A stretch of 64,000 nt of DNA, taken from contig NW_026250406.1 in NCBI RefSeq assembly GCF_024521635.1, positions 124,001 to 188,000 on the forward strand, written 5' to 3'. Under the pieces are notes generated by a model that did no database searches, was not told the DNA's origin, and saw nothing but the letters and a program-made list of their open reading frames with translations. Below, piece by piece: positions 50,635-64,000 of this stretch (the stretch's first letter is position 1; each line of letters opens with the position of its first letter). This DNA is from Tricharina praecox. Taxonomy: Eukaryota. The position numbers and the translations under genes are program-made.

Positions 50635-53600
50635 ATGATGGGAAATCTTATCAGATTGAGATTATTCTCACTGTTGCTGCTACGAAATGGCCCGAATGAA
50701 TTGTGCGTGAGCTGATATTGCTGGTATACGTTCTGCGTCTTTGCACTGCCACGTTGCTCGCCTTGTAAGCCTCCTGAGCGTGTTGGTAGCAGCTGCGGCG
50801 TGATCCGCAAGCTGCAAACCGAGCTTTTATCTTCCACCCCGGGAAATCATGCGAGGAAATCCAGGTCCTTGTTCTCAGTGGGCCTCGGGGTATGTTTAAA
50901 CTGCAAGCTCGTAGCAGTGCAGTGCAGTCCCTGGCGTCATGGGTCTTTCCACCTCGAGATCTCTTCCATTGGACAACCGCCCGACGAGTGACGACTTATG
51001 AATGCCCCATGCCATACGAGACAGCGCTCCCGCCCGGATCCGCTATATCCCAAACACCTATATGCCGTACACCGGCTCTTCCCGGTTCCGTATATCGGTT
51101 CCCCGGATTGTCGTACCGAAAAAAGAAGCCGTAACCTCCGGGGCCGGGGGTGGGGGAGAGCTTCTTTTCGTCCGGCGGGAGGACGGCGGGAGGACGGGAG
51201 GACGGGTACCTGCCTGTCTGCCTGCTCGCCTGCAGCTTCCATCCCGCCAGAACGAACCTCTCACCCACACACCGAAAACGTTACAACACACCTACCCAAG
51301 CCCAGCTCCCCGGATGGGTACCTGCATCTCCCACCTGCATCACCCAGTGCCCACCTGCATGTTCACCTTCATTCCGTCGGAGACTGAACCCGATCCAGGG
51401 CGTCAGGTAATCTGGTCCAGAAACGGTGTCCGGCTGGATGACTGGGTCCGGTCCGGATGGGTGAGTGCACACTGCAGGGACTCCCGACGGGGACGGGGAC
51501 GCATCATCGTCGGAGACGATGTGTAAAGCGGATACGGCAGTTTCGACTTTCCGGGACGGCTCGACTCTCGAGGCGAGAAGTCTACGTGGAGTGTGGAGTG
51601 GGGAGGATCCGGAAATAGTAGTGAAGTGGAGGAGAGTGGGGTAGGTAGATAGGGAAGGGGCGGGCGGGCGTATGTGTATATATCCCAGACCTGATAGTTG
51701 GGAAGACGGAAAGGAACGAAGGAACGAAGGAACGAAGGAAGGTACGAAGGACAAAGGGTTGGCATGACGGGGAACCGTCCGAGCGTAGCTGCGTAGGTAC
51801 TTCCCTAGGTATTGAATCGAAGTGGAAACCGGTGTCAACGTCGGCTTCCGCGTCGTAACCATAGTAGTACGCATTCGACCGGACAAAGGCCGGTATTCGT
51901 ACATGGATGTATCTGTACCCAAGTAAGTCCAAGTAAGCACCCAAGTAAGTAACTCCTATGATATCCGCGTCCACTGTCCTCAGCTCAATCCCAACCGTTC
52001 GCAGCCCACAAAACTACCGCAATCCCAGGCACGGGGGAGGGGGAGGGGGGTTGCCCACATGGCACAAATCCCAGACGGCCCATACATGCCTCATACATAC
52101 CGGTACCATACAACCCAGACCCCCGCCACCATCACCACAATTCTCCGCCATCCCCCCGTCCGGCAGCGAGCGGGAGAGGCGGGGGGCGGATGTGGCGGGT
52201 ATCCGCAACGCGCGTATGAGATGGGCTCGTGCGTATATAACCGAAAAACTCCGCCAACCAACCTAACCGCAAGCAAAGAGCGGCGAGCGCATTCCTGTCA
52301 ACCACGAGTCCACGGTCCCGCAACAACTCGAGCCGAGTGTGGTATGATGCGTACGTACGTACCACTTGTGTACGGTAGGTATCCTCCCAAACTCGTGGAG
52401 TCGTGGTCAATCAATCTGTTGCGTATGCCGTGCTTGTGTGCCATGCATGCAAGGAACAGAGGTGGGAGATGGGTGGAGATATGTACGAGATATGTACGTC
52501 CCCCGTTGCCCGTTGCCCGTCGCAAGTTGCCAGTTGCCAGTTGCTCGTTATTCTCTCCGCATTGGGGGCCGGAGAGGGGCCGGGGGATGGCAGAGTAGAG
52601 TATCTAGAGGCCAGTTTAGCGTTTCAGGAATATATCTACATGTTTGTTTCGAAACGGCGTCTACTTACCTAGAGTAACGGTGAGAAACCTGCTGTCGAAC
52701 TTGAACTTGACTGGACAGTGCAAGCCTGGGAATGTGATGGGTGTGCACATAGTCTACATACGTAGAGTGCTATGCAGTAAGTGGACTCGTGGAGTAAATT
52801 GACCGGATTGGCAAGGGGTAGGTAGGAAGTAGGAATGTAGGTATGGTAGGTAGGGGATAATACCGGTGTGTAGCAGGTAGCAGGTCGGTAGGCGCTTCAG
52901 ACTGACACGGATCGACGTTTACAGTTCTTACTCTAGGTACTCCACTTTACCAATTGATAGGTACATATCAATGGACGGACGATGACTCGGCGAGGCTGCA
53001 ACTCAGCTGCTTCACCGAGACCAGTGAGTTCGTTTGGGTCGGGGGATTCGCGACGGGTCCGGGGGAGGGTGGCAGACTCCAGAGACGACTGCTGTCGTCC
53101 GAGGCGCAGGGGCGGACTCGGAACCGGACATGGACTCTGGAGCGCAAGGGTGATGGATGGCCACATTCCGGCCGAATCGATGCCATGTGGCGGGTGGGCG
53201 CTTGAGACGGATGGGTATGCACTGTGGATTGTATTGTGTACCGCATTGTGTACTGTGTGGATATTATGATCCGTGAGCAGCTGTGGTTACTGTGCAGGTG
53301 AGCCTGCACAGCTTGCGGCTGATGTATACTCTAGAGTAAGGCCACGAGGTAAGGCGCTCTGACATGACGGCCCATCGGCAAATGATAATATGTACATACA
53401 TGTCTGGCACATGCGAGAGTCCCGGCTTGCAGCATTCACTGGACTCTGGAGGCTTTTTGGTGGTTGAGGAGGAGGAGGAGACATCTGGGTACTCAGCTAC
53501 TGCGGTAGGGCGCCATGTGTCGCTTGAGGAAAGGTGTCCGCCGCGGATGTATTCGGACACCATCAATTCGTACAAGCTGCGAATCGACGTCCCTTGTCTC

Positions 53601-54851
53601 CGGCACACCGGCACCACCGGTACCGTAGGAAGCACCTCCCCTACAAGTGTCCACTCACGCACGTTTCTTCTACCCAGGGATGATCTCTCGATAAGATGCC
53701 ACACACCTTTTTTTTTTTGCATGCCTGGGTTCCCCCTTCGCAGTTCTGCCCGATGTATGTAGAGTACCGGTATGAACTCCAAATATGTAACGTCTCGAGA
53801 AAGAAGAAAGAGAAAAAAGAGAAGAGAAGAGATCGCCAGAAGGAGAGGAGGAGTTACATAAGAGTCGAGGAGGCGGCGGTACATATTGGCACCCAATCTA
53901 TTTTAAACGGCACGGCATGTGCCATCCATCATCCATGTCTGTATGATGTTGGGACCTTGGATGCGGGTTGCGAACGGCGAGCGAGCGCCATGGTCCACTG
54001 GATGGATTCCAGCCGTGGTGGCTGCGGGCTGCGGGGCTTACCTACTGCTGCTTAGCAGTGCAACGCGGACGCGTAATGCGTAGCTTGGATTGGAGCAGTG
54101 AGTGCCCTCTTTGGAGAGCCTCACCCTCCTGGGTATCATACATCCCATACCGCTGTTTATCGCGATCGTTCCGCTGGAGGGGCCGGCTTCTTCTTCTTCT
54201 TTTACTCTCGGCTTCGTCTTCTTTTTCTTTTTCTGTTTCTTCTCGTCTCCTTCTAGTCTTCTTCCTCCTTTCCGCTTACGATTCCCACGAACTTGCGGCT
54301 CTTCTTCTTCCTCCTCCTCCTCTTCCGCTTCTTCCGCCTCTTCCGCATCCTCATCCTCCTCCTCCTCGCCTCCCATTGCTATCCGCTTTTCGAAGGGAAA
54401 GATTGCAGCAATCCGCTTTGGCACATTCGATTTGTCGTTTCGTCGTATCCGAACAAGCCACCCGACTCGATCCAGTAAGGCTCAGGAGGACCGCTCTCGA
54501 GTAAAAAAAGGAAAAAAAGCATTGTGAGCAGCTGCGGCTGGACGAAGGAGCACTGCGCACTACGTTACATCCGTTCTTAGGTCACCCTTGTGGCTCTGTC
54601 GGCAGCTGAAGGAGACTTTTTTCTTCTACTTGTTCCTCCTTATAAGCTTTCAACTTTCCCCCTCGTGCCCGTACTACGCACATCATTGGATCTGCGTTTT
54701 GTCGTCCGATAGATTCACACCCTCGAATTCAGGCATCATATCTTTTGAAGGTCGAACACGACGAGAATATACGACTCGAACGAACCCCTCGTTATCGACT
54801 GCCGCCCACTGAGATCGATCTTTCGGACGAGCTATAGTTAGCACAGCAACG

Positions 54852-56202
54852 ATGGTTACCTTTCGGAAAGCTGTCATCATGGCAGCGGTGCTGCTGTTCA
54901 TGATCTTTATGTTATATCCTCGACATTCATCGATGCACACACAACGAGCTCCAACATCATCACCACCATCAACAGCAGCAGCAGCAGCACCACCGCAATC
55001 TCCGGGGTCCGTGAAGACGGATACAACACCCAATTCCGCCCCACCGATCACGACCCAACCCAAACCCACCGTCCCAAAGGTCGACTCCGGAGCGGCAAAG
55101 GTGCAGCAGAAACTCGCGCTGGCCGCCGTCCAGAATCTCCCCATCGACAAGCAGCTCGCCTACCACTTTCCATACTCGGTCTCGTCAAAGTTCCCCGCGT
55201 ACATCTGGCAGACCTGGAAATACACACCGGCCAGCGGCCAATTCGCGGATAAGTTCCGCGTTCCCGAAGCAAGCTGGACCGAAAAACATCCCTCGTTCGT
55301 TCACGAGGTTCGTCGTCATACCCCCGTGCAACTTGGCAGCTGCTCTAGCCAGGTACCGTCACGAATCACGCTAATCACTGCGGCACTTTAGGTCATCACC
55401 GACGATGTGGCCGAACATCTGATCCGGCATCTCTACTCGGCCATTCCCGATGTGCTGGAAGCATACCTTTCCATGCCCCTCCCGATCCTGAAGGCCGACT
55501 TCTTCCGCTACCTGATCCTCCTCGCCCGCGGAGGAGTCTACGCGGACATCGATACCCAGGCGCTGAAGCCGACCACCGAATGGGTCCCGCAATCCTTCAA
55601 CGCCAAATCTATCGGTCTGGTGATTGGAATCGAGGCGGATCCCGACCGCGCGGACTGGGCCAAGTGGTACTCCCGCCGCATCCAATTCTGCCAGTGGACG
55701 ATCAAGGCGAAACCTGGACATCCGGTACTGGTCGATATCGTCACCAAGATCACGGCGGAAACACTCAAGCGCAAGCGCGAGGGAAACCTCAAGCCCAACC
55801 ACGATGGCGTCGTAGAGTGGACCGGACCGGCCGTCTGGACTGACTCCATCTTCTCCTACTTCAACGATCCCAATTTCTTCGAAACCACTGCGTCGGCCGG
55901 GAACATCACCTTCAAGAATTTCACCGGCATGAGGGACTCGAAGAAGATTGGCGATGTAGTGGTCCTTCCCATCACCAGCTTCTCCCCGGGTATCGGGCAC
56001 AGCGGTGCGGGGCCGGTCGAGGATCCCATGGCGTTCGTCAAACACGAGTTTGAAGGTACCGTCTCACCCACCCTCTTGACACATGATCCGTCGTACTGAC
56101 TCGTTCTGTCCTACAGGCTCGTGGAAACCCGCTACCGAGCGGATAATAGAACCCAAGCCGCAGCATGATGCGAATCAGCAGCAGCAGAACCCACAGACAT
56201 GA
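54852..56202 (+). CDS. OCH1: Initiation-specific alpha-1,6-mannosyltransferase, GT32 (introns 55308-55391, 56056-56116)
   Basis: Type II membrane anchor, PAYIWQTWK, LKADFFRYLILLARGGVYADIDT (DXD), IGIEADPDR, QFCQWTI, WTGPAVWTD. Confidence 0.93.
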
Positions 56203-56790
56203 TTCTTATCTTTTAAATTTTATTCGAGAAAAGTGACTGGCGTGTAAATAGACGGGACGGGGTTTTGGTTTTGTTCTTTTTTGGGTTATATCATTTACAA
56301 TTGGGAAGATCATACCGTTTCTTTCTCTTTCCGGGATGGGGGGTTTTGTTTTGGATAATACCTAGCATTTTTGGTATCTACCGCTGCATGAAATGAAGTT
56401 GCAAACTTGCAACTTGTAACTTGCAGGGCTCCTTTAAGTATAGTCTCAGCTTCGCACTGTGTTTCTCCTCGGCGCGAGGATATGAGGGGGCTGAGCTCCG
56501 GCCTCCAGCCGCGGGAAAGTCCAACATCAATGAGTTGACATACGGCAAGTACGGCAAGTACCTACCGCCCCAGCCACGCTCACGAGTCGGGTGAAACGTG
56601 CGCACCGACCATCCGAACCGACTTGTACCACCACGGCGCCACCACGGCACCAGCACCCTGTGCAACCCCACCACCATCCAAACGCGACCGAGCCGAGCAC
56701 CACCAAGCTCCTACCACCAAGCTCCCAGCTCCCAGCTCCCGCATCCATCACGCACCACCACCCCACCACACGCAAACGAACAAACGAACA

Positions 56791-57593
56791 ATGTCAGACC
56801 CAACCACGACTACCGCGATCGCAACACTGCACACGCTATCCACGCGGCTGTCACGTCTAGAGTTCACACTGACGGGCAGCCCGCGGCCACCCGCTCCATC
56901 TCCTCCAGCAACAACCCCAGCAGCAGCAGCAGCCCCCTCAGCCCCAGCCCCGCCAGCTCCTCCAACGTCGAGCACATCGGCAGACCCGCCAACCGCGACC
57001 CCGATCCAAATCCCAATCCGCACCCGCATCGCAACGCTGCAATCAGACCTGCAGCGCCTGCAGGTAAAATCGCGGACGGTCGCTGAGATATTGCAGATTC
57101 GTGTGCCCCCCCCCCGTCCTTGTCCCCTCCCCGTCCCCCCGCGTCCCCCCCCCTTGTCCCCCGTTCCCCCGCCCCCGCCACTTTCCGCTAAGACTCGCAA
57201 ACAGACGCGAACTACCCCGAAGCCTTCACCTCGACCCCCCATCGCGTAGCGGAGCACGGGCCCCCGGCCTCCTCCAAAGCCGCCACCGTATTGTCCTCTG
57301 CGCCCGACCTCGCGTCGACCGCGTCGCGCCTCAGCGCGATCGGCGACACGCCTATTCCCGCGTCAGCGGCCAGCGCGCGGCTAGTGGCGTTGCTGCCTAG
57401 GCTGCAGGAGCTGGAGGAGACGCAGAGGAGGCAGGCGCGGAAGGTGGCGGAACTTAGGTCCAGGTCGGTTAGGGTGCTGGAACAGTGGTATCAGGTGGGG
57501 GTCGTCGGGGTTAATGAGTGTTTTGCTGAGTGGGATGAGCGCACGGGGAGGGTGGAGAGGGGGGTTGTGAGGAGGGGGGCGGAGGGGGTTTGA
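56791..57593 (+). CDS. RO10: RO10-like nuclear distribution protein (dynactin p24-like), intron 57101-57204
   Basis: N-terminal TLHTLSTRLSRLEFTLTG and C-terminal TASRLSAIGDTPIP...ELRSRSVRVLEQWYQVGVVGVNECFAEWDER resemble fungal RO10; the spliced frame is continuous. Confidence 0.75.
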
Positions 57594-57711
57594 GGATTGG
57601 GGGGGTGGTAATAATGGGTTTGAGAGAGAGAATATCAATTTATTGTCGCGTGCGGCCTTTTGGCAATGTGCTGTTGGGCGGGCGTCACGGCTTGTTTCCG
57701 CCGGGAGAGAT

Positions 57712-58460
57712 ACGGGAGTGAGTGAGACTTTGTGAATGAGACCTTGTGAGCCAGTGAGTGAGGAGGTGGTATTTGTTTGTGCAGTAGTACTACGGAATCT
57801 ACTATACAGTTTACTCAATCATCAACTCCGTCTCCCTCTAAATCCCTAGTTTACTCAATCATCATCATCGTCTCCCTCTATCCATCCATCCATATATCTA
57901 TGACAGCTATCTATGATAGCTATCTATATTTAGCGTAAAACGCCTCCTCCTCGAGCCGGCGGTTGACTTTCTCAACGACGGTACAACCTCTGTGCCTCAG
58001 ACTGCCTCCGAGGTCGTTGGTTGTGCGGTTCATAGGCGGGGGAATGGCAATGGGTGTTTAATGCGCGTCATGGCGTGGAATACTCAAGTGAGCGAGCGAG
58101 GAGGTATTTGTGCAGTGCAGTGCAGTACGGCAGGTACTACGGAATCTACAGTATCTACAGTTTACTCAATCATCATCTCCCATCTACCGTATATATCCAT
58201 CTATCTATCCATCTATCTATTCATCCATCTATCCATCCATCTATCCATCCATCTATCCATCCATCTATCCATCCATCTATCCATCCATCTATCCATCCAT
58301 CTATCCATCTATCTATCCATCTACCGTATCTATGATAGCTGTCTATCTATACTTAGCATAGAACGCCTCCTCCTCGAGCCTTTGCTTGACTTTCTCGACC
58401 ACCTCTGCGCCCCAGACCGCCTCCGAGGTCGTGGGTTGCGTGCGGTTCAGCTGCTAATCA
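57712..58460 (-). pseudogene. Two tandem partial copies of the last 25-30 codons and 3' UTR of the TCD-type gene
   Basis: [16 protein letters not shown] plus 3'-UTR blocks from about 58740-58980 recur at about 57712-58030 and 58085-58450; the second copy has an expanded (ATCC/ATCT)n. Confidence 0.9.
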
Positions 58461-58899
58461 TCTGCTGAGAGGGCATGGTGATATGCTGGGAGGGCATGGT
58501 GATATGCTGTCTGATGCGCTTGGAATACGGGAGTGAGTACAGGGAGCAGGAAGAAAGGGAGGCGGAACTGAGACGAGAGGAGGAGGAGGGTGCTGAGGCT
58601 GAGGAGCCGGGGGCAGGGAAAGCCACATCGGGCCACTCGATGAAAGTCGGGTCGGACAGTTGCGAGGAAACGGAGTGTGTACATATATTGCCATGATCTA
58701 CTTAGGTCGCAAGCAATCACTGATTAAACAAACAAAAATACGGGAGTGAGTGAGTGAGACCTTGTGAGTGAGACTGGGTGGGCGAGTGAGTGAGGAGGTA
58801 TTTGTGCAGTGCAGTGGTACTACGGAATCTACTCTACAGTTTACTCAAGCATCGCCTCCCATCTATGTATCCATCCATCTATCTATCTACATATGATAG

Positions 58900-60563
58900 C
58901 TATCTGTATTTAGCGTAAAACGCCTCCTCCTCGAGCCTTTGCTTGACTTTCTCGACCACCTCAGCACCCCAGACCTCCTCCGGCGACTTCCGGGCGATCA
59001 GAACCTCCAGCTCATGCTTCTTAGCCTCATCCTTCGTCATGAGCACCAAATTATCAACCTGCAGCCTATGATCATCCTCACCCCAGACGCCCTCCATCTT
59101 CTGACAAAACGGCAGAGGGAGCCATCTCGTGAGTGCGAGTCTGGTGGGGTACCCAGAGACGACACTCTTGCCCTTATAGACCTCCTCAACGACATATCCA
59201 ATATCCGCCTCTGTGAGCGGAAGCCTCAGACCCACCGCGTTCCCGCGCAGCCGGCTCTCTAGCCCCGCCAAACGCGCTTGTATGTCCTCGTACAGCTTTG
59301 TGCGGTTCTTGCCGAGCGAGTACTCCACCGGGTACGAGGCGACGTGCGTTAGGATGTGGTTCGCTACGCAGAGCCCGAAGAAGCCCGGCATCGTGCCGAG
59401 AACGGGGAGGATACGCGCACGGAATGTAGGCAGTACGCTGAGCTCCGAGACGCTGCCCTTTGAGAACTCTTCGTCTGCAAGGGGGAGCAAAGTGGCTTTG
59501 CCCGGACCAGCCCGCTCGAGTGAGTACACGACGGGTATGCCGGTGACGATGCCTTTTTGCCGCAGTCGACGCCGTGTGGACCGAGACAGTGGGTCTTCGT
59601 TTGACTCCGAGATATCGCCGATGTTGATCTGTAGTTTTTTCACGGTAAGCGTGGGGTATGGTGAGTGATATCTCGTGGAGCGACGTACCCTGGTAGGATC
59701 GCTCTTGCAGCCGGCGCCCATGGACGAAATCACGGGTATTCCTCTTGAGTGGCAGAAATGCAGCAGGTCGACCTTGGTATCGATATTGTCGATAGCATCG
59801 ACGACGTACGTGGGGTTGCCGGCCAACAGCGCCTCGCCATTCTCCATATTCCACAGCTCGTTCCGCGCATCAATCTCGACCCACGGCGCAACCTGCTCCA
59901 GGTGCTTCCGCAGCGCTTGCACCTTGGGCGTGCCCACGTCCGCCAGCGTCGCCACCGCGTGCCGGTTCAGCGATGACAAAGTCACTTGGTCGAAGTCTAC
60001 CAGTCGCACCTTCCCCACCCCGGAGCGCACGAGCATCGTCGCCGTCCAGGATCCTACGCCCCCGCACCCCACAACGATCACGAACGCGTCCCGCACCTTC
60101 TGCAGGCCGTCGTCGCCGAGGAATACGCGGTTGCGCGCGAGCTGCTCGAGGATCAAGTCTGCACGGCTTAGAACACGGGGCTGGAGGCGTGTGTAGATGC
60201 ATACCTTCGTCCCAATCGCCGCGCCTCGCTTTCGCCGCGAGTTCCGCATCCGGCTCGGTGTGCAACCTGGAGGTGGACGCCGGCGCGCCGCCGTATTCGG
60301 TAAGCTTGAGGCCACAAGGAAAGTCAGAGTTCTGTCGTTCGCTGTGCAAATGGGTTTCGGCGGCTACACACGGCGGTGGAGTCGTCCCGTGACCGGATCG
60401 AGCTCTTGATGTCCCGCAGTTTCTGGTTCTGCCGGGCCGATTGGAAGGCGAGCAGCGTGGTGCCCACGGCTACCCCCGATGCGACCGCTGTTAGCACCAG
60501 CTGCGCACGGTGCGACGAGAGCGGCCCCGTAATCGTCGACCAGTCTAGGTGGTTCGGATTCAT
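58900..60563 (-). CDS. tRNA threonylcarbamoyladenosine dehydratase (TCD1/TCD2-like, ThiF/E1 family), 3 introns
   Basis: N-terminal anchor QLVLTAVASG; EQLARNRVFLG, VVGCGGVGSW, DFDQVTLSSLNRHA, VVDAIDN, SSMGAGCKSDPT, RILPVLGTMP. Confidence 0.93.
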
Positions 60564-61089
60564 CTCGTGCGTGTGCTGTTGTTGTTGTTGCGGCTGTGGA
60601 TTGCGGAGGAATTGGAGAATCCGTGCTATGTATATGAGAGTGGGGGGTGGTACTGTGGCATCCAGACCGTAACACAGCAGCAGATGGAAGGGTATGCTTA
60701 ACGCAACCCATGCGTGGCAGTACAGTGGGTTGGCGCCTCCAGTACCCGCATCTTCAAAACGTAATACGATCCTCCCTTCCTCTCTCTCCTGAGTCGTGTA
60801 CGTACTATTCTCTCTAGTACAGTCCTGGCACACGACACCAATACATAATCACCTGTCACCCTCCCCCACACACAGACACGCTCGTTACCAACACTTACGC
60901 ACCTAATCCCCCATCGCCAGCTCGCCTGCGAGAACGCTGCCAGCTTCCTGGACCCATCCGCCACTCCACGCCTCGCTCGCGATTTCCAACAGTTACAAGT
61001 CACCACGTCCCTGTGCTACCGCATACGCCGCCTAACGCCGCTCCTCGAGGGAGTCACTCTCCAGCCCCAGTACCACGCGCGCCGCAGAA

Positions 61090-62861
61090 ATGGTATCGCA
61101 GAGCTATTCTGCGATCAGCCAGAGCGATGTCGATGGCGGGCCGGTGGTGTCAGCACCCGGCTCGGTTTCGGGCACACCCAGGTACGTACCTCCCGGTGTA
61201 GTTACCGTTGGACTGCTGCCGGCGCTGACTGATGTGTTGCTTCGCAGACGCCGACGGAATAGTAAAGTACACTACGGGCAGGCAACATGGACGAGCAGCG
61301 TGGTGAATTTGCTCAACACGAGTCGGTCTCCCCCTGCCTCCGAGTAGTTTTGGTGGCGAACGGCGCTTACATTACCGGAACGTGTAGTTGTCGGCGCGGG
61401 AGTCCTAGCGATGCCGCATGCCATGAGCCAGTTCGGAATGGCACTCGGCGTTTTTGTCATTGTATTCTCCGGCTGCATGTCCGGATTCGGCCTGTATCTG
61501 CAGGCAAGGTGCTCGAAGTATGTCGAGCGCGGGACGTCAAGCTTCTTCGCGCTGAGCCAGCTCACCTACCCCAATGCCGCTATCTTGTTTGATGCCGCCA
61601 TTGCTATCAAGTGTTTCGGTATGCGAGATTCTGCGCGAGGGTGTGGCAGAGCAGAACATTGGGGCTGACTCGGATTAGGTGTGGCGGTGTCGTATCTCAT
61701 CATCATCGGTGACCTGATGCCCCAGGTCGTGCGCGGGCTCGGCGTAGACCCGGAGAGATTCGAGTTTATGCTGGATAGGCATCTCTGGATCACCGTGTTC
61801 ATGTCAGACTGCCCGCATCTCGAGGTTTTCCGGCCGTAACTGACTGTTGTTAGGCTCGTGGTGATCCCGCTGTCTTTCCTTCGCCGGCTCGACTCGCTGA
61901 AGTACACGTCGTTCATTGCCCTGGTCTCGATCGGATATCTCATCATAATTGTGGTGGGACATTACATTATCGGCGATACGATACCAGGAAGGGGCAAGGT
62001 CCACCCGATCCAGTGGGCTGGTCCCATTCAAGCTCTCAGCACGTTCCCGGTCGTTGTGTTTTCCTACACATGTCACCAAAACGTATGTCCTCGATATATC
62101 CCTCGTGGGTTCATTCATTGATGGTTACTAGATGTTTGCGATTGTGAACGAGATTGAAGACAACAGCCACAAGTCTACGCTCAGCGTCGTCGTGGGCTCC
62201 ATCGGTTCCGCAGCAAGCATCTACGTCCTCGTCGCCATCACGGGCTATCTCTCGTTCGGAGACCACATTGGCGGCAACATCATCGCGCAGTATCCCAGCA
62301 CGTTGGCCTCGACCGTCGGCTGCGCAGCCATCGTGATCCTCGTCATGTTCTCGTACCCCTTGCAACTCCATCCCTGCAGAGGAAGTGTTGACAACATCTT
62401 GAAATGGCGGCCCCGCCGAGTGCACAGTCCTGCCATCCCCGGCCGCGCCGTCGAGATGAGCGATATCAAGTTTGCGGTCATCAGTACGATCTTAATCGTG
62501 GGCACTTACATTACCGCGATGAGTGTTAATAACTTGGAGACTGTTCTGGCTTATGTTGGCAGTACCGGTTCCACCGCGATCAGTTTGTACGTCCACCTTT
62601 TTCTTTCCTCCTTAGCAGCATGTACTGATGTCTCGCAGTATCCTCCCAGGCATATTCTACTGGAAGATATCGAGTCCCGACTCCGACAACCGATACCTGC
62701 TCAAAGTGCACGACGAAGAGAACGACACCGAAGCGGCCGTGCAGGAGCAGACCTGGGGCCAAAAGATGCTGCGACGCGGCGCGTTGGCCCTCACCTGCTA
62801 CGGTGTCTTCGTTATGATCACCTGCCTGAGTCTCAATATATTCTACAGTGCTAAACACTAG
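61090..62861 (+). CDS. Vacuolar amino-acid transporter (AVT5/6/7-like, AAAP family), multi-intron
   Basis: SSVVNLLNT(I)VGAGVLAMP, AIAIKCFGV, LDSLKYTS, FSYTCHQN(M)F, FSYPLQLHPCR, VGSTGSTAIS. Confidence 0.93.
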
Positions 62862-63263
62862 AGGTTTTTTTTTTCTATTTGCGTTTTTCGATTTTCGATT
62901 TTCCTGTGTTTTTCTGGGGGCGTTTGGAAGAGGCCGGTCAGAGGTGCAATGCTTGATATATTTCTTGTTTTGTAGACTAGATGGATGACGGACGGGGTGT
63001 ATGATAGGTACTAGGTGAACTACTCTAGAATCTGGGTTGGGTGAAGGGGCACTCGCAATAGAGGCAAATTGATCGGATTTCTGCCATGACTGGTCACTGG
63101 AGACATGATTGTGGACCCTGGAACGTGATCAGTGATCGCCGGCAAATAGTGGTACAAGCAGGCCGGCCGATGACGACATATCAATATCCAGCATCTCACC
63201 GGTATGTAGAAGCCCCTCACCTCTCTCACTCCTCTCCCAACAGCACAGACCATCACCGTCGCC

Positions 63264-64000
63264 ATGCCCGCCATTACCGCTTCTGCATTCTCCTCGCATC
63301 CGGTAACCTTCGATTTCTCCTCGCACACCCTAACCGTGACCCCTTCGGGCGGGGACCCCGCAACAACCATCCCGCAATCGCAGCTGATCTGCCTTCTCCC
63401 CACCTCGTGCGCAGACACATACACGCTCGTGCACCACGCCTCGGACTTCGATCTCGTGCGCACACCCATAACCCACCCACCAGCTGCGCTACTATCATAC
63501 CTATTCCTACACCCCCTCCCAGCGCACCTAACGGACTCCGCCGTAACCGTAGTAGTATCCACGCGCTCCGGCGGCGGCCGAGCAGAGGCGTACTGGGACA
63601 GCGTGCTGGCAGAGTTCTTGACGGAGGACCTTAAGATTCCAGCGCGCGTCGTGAAGACGACCGATGCTAGCAATATAGCCGAGGTGGTATCTGCGCTCTC
63701 CGCGCGGGACGGGGACGGGGACGGGGACGGAAACGGGGACGGCAAGAAGAAGAAGAAGAAGCACACGCTGCTCCTCCTATCCGGCGACGGCGGCGTGTAC
63801 GAGGCACTCAACGCCCCGCGCAGCCCGGGCGGCGAGCAAGCGCTAACCCTCGCGCTCCTCCCCTTCGGCACCGGCAACGCTCTCTCATCCTCGTACCACG
63901 CCGCGCGCGGCTACCCACCACTATACGCGCTCCTCCATGGCGCGCCGCGGGCGCTACCGACATATTCCGCACGGTTCTCGGTGGGGGCGCGGTGGGTGCA
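63264..64000 (+). CDS. Diacylglycerol/sphingosine-kinase catalytic domain protein, truncated by window end
   Basis: Open frame from GCCATG at 63264 with VVVSTRSGGGRA, LLLSGDGGVYEALN and LALLPFGTGNAL motifs; the start codon is uncertain. Confidence 0.85.
   Translation, partial: MPAITASAFSSHPVTFDFSSHTLTVTPSGGDPATTIPQSQLICLLPTSCADTYTLVHHASDFDLVRTPITHPPAALLSYLFLHPLPAHLTDSAVTVVVSTRSGGGRAEAYWDSVLAEFLTEDLKIPARVVKTTDASNIAEVVSALSARDGDGDGDGNGDGKKKKKKHTLLLLSGDGGVYEALNAPRSPGGEQALTLALLPFGTGNALSSSYHAARGYPPLYALLHGAPRALPTYSARFSVGARWV

Noticed and set aside
50650..54000. Many short ORFs in a 3.4-kb gap
   Set aside because: No motifs, codon bias or consistent exon chain found by eye; a small spliced gene cannot be fully excluded.
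54038..54424. Acidic/basic 128-aa minus-strand ORF
   Set aside because: Reverse reading of the pyrimidine-rich sequence upstream of OCH1; low complexity only.
6244..60563. Functional clustering of RNA-metabolism genes (Cid1-type, SND1, TCD, tRNA) with the array
   Set aside because: Conserved housekeeping genes interspersed with unrelated ones; no sequence evidence of a link.

Overview
Intron-rich DNA of a filamentous ascomycete (gene set and GT-AG/CTRAY intron signals; lineage not determinable from sequence alone). Most of the window is conserved housekeeping genes: a Cid1-family nucleotidyltransferase, a BEACH/WD40 protein, vacuolar protease B, a PQ-loop transporter, transaldolase, PET191 (missed by the ORF track), Tudor-SN, Cu/Zn-SOD, tRNA-Trp, OCH1, RO10, a TCD-type ThiF enzyme, an AVT transporter and a partial DAGK/sphingosine-kinase-like gene. 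The exception is about 31-44.4 kb. There a spliced gene (39401-42054, +) encodes a Zn2Cys6 DNA-binding cluster, an SRA-like domain (tentative), Cys clusters and an AlkB-type 2OG-Fe(II) dioxygenase. About 5-8 kb upstream of its start, on the opposite strand and across PET191, lies a 2.8-kb patchwork of about 13 shuffled fragments of only the 3' half of that gene, joined at microhomologies and differing in divergence. The fragments are directly visible. Whether they act as an inversion/conversion cassette, a small-RNA silencing locus, or are duplication debris is hypothesis. All alignments and exon calls were made by eye.
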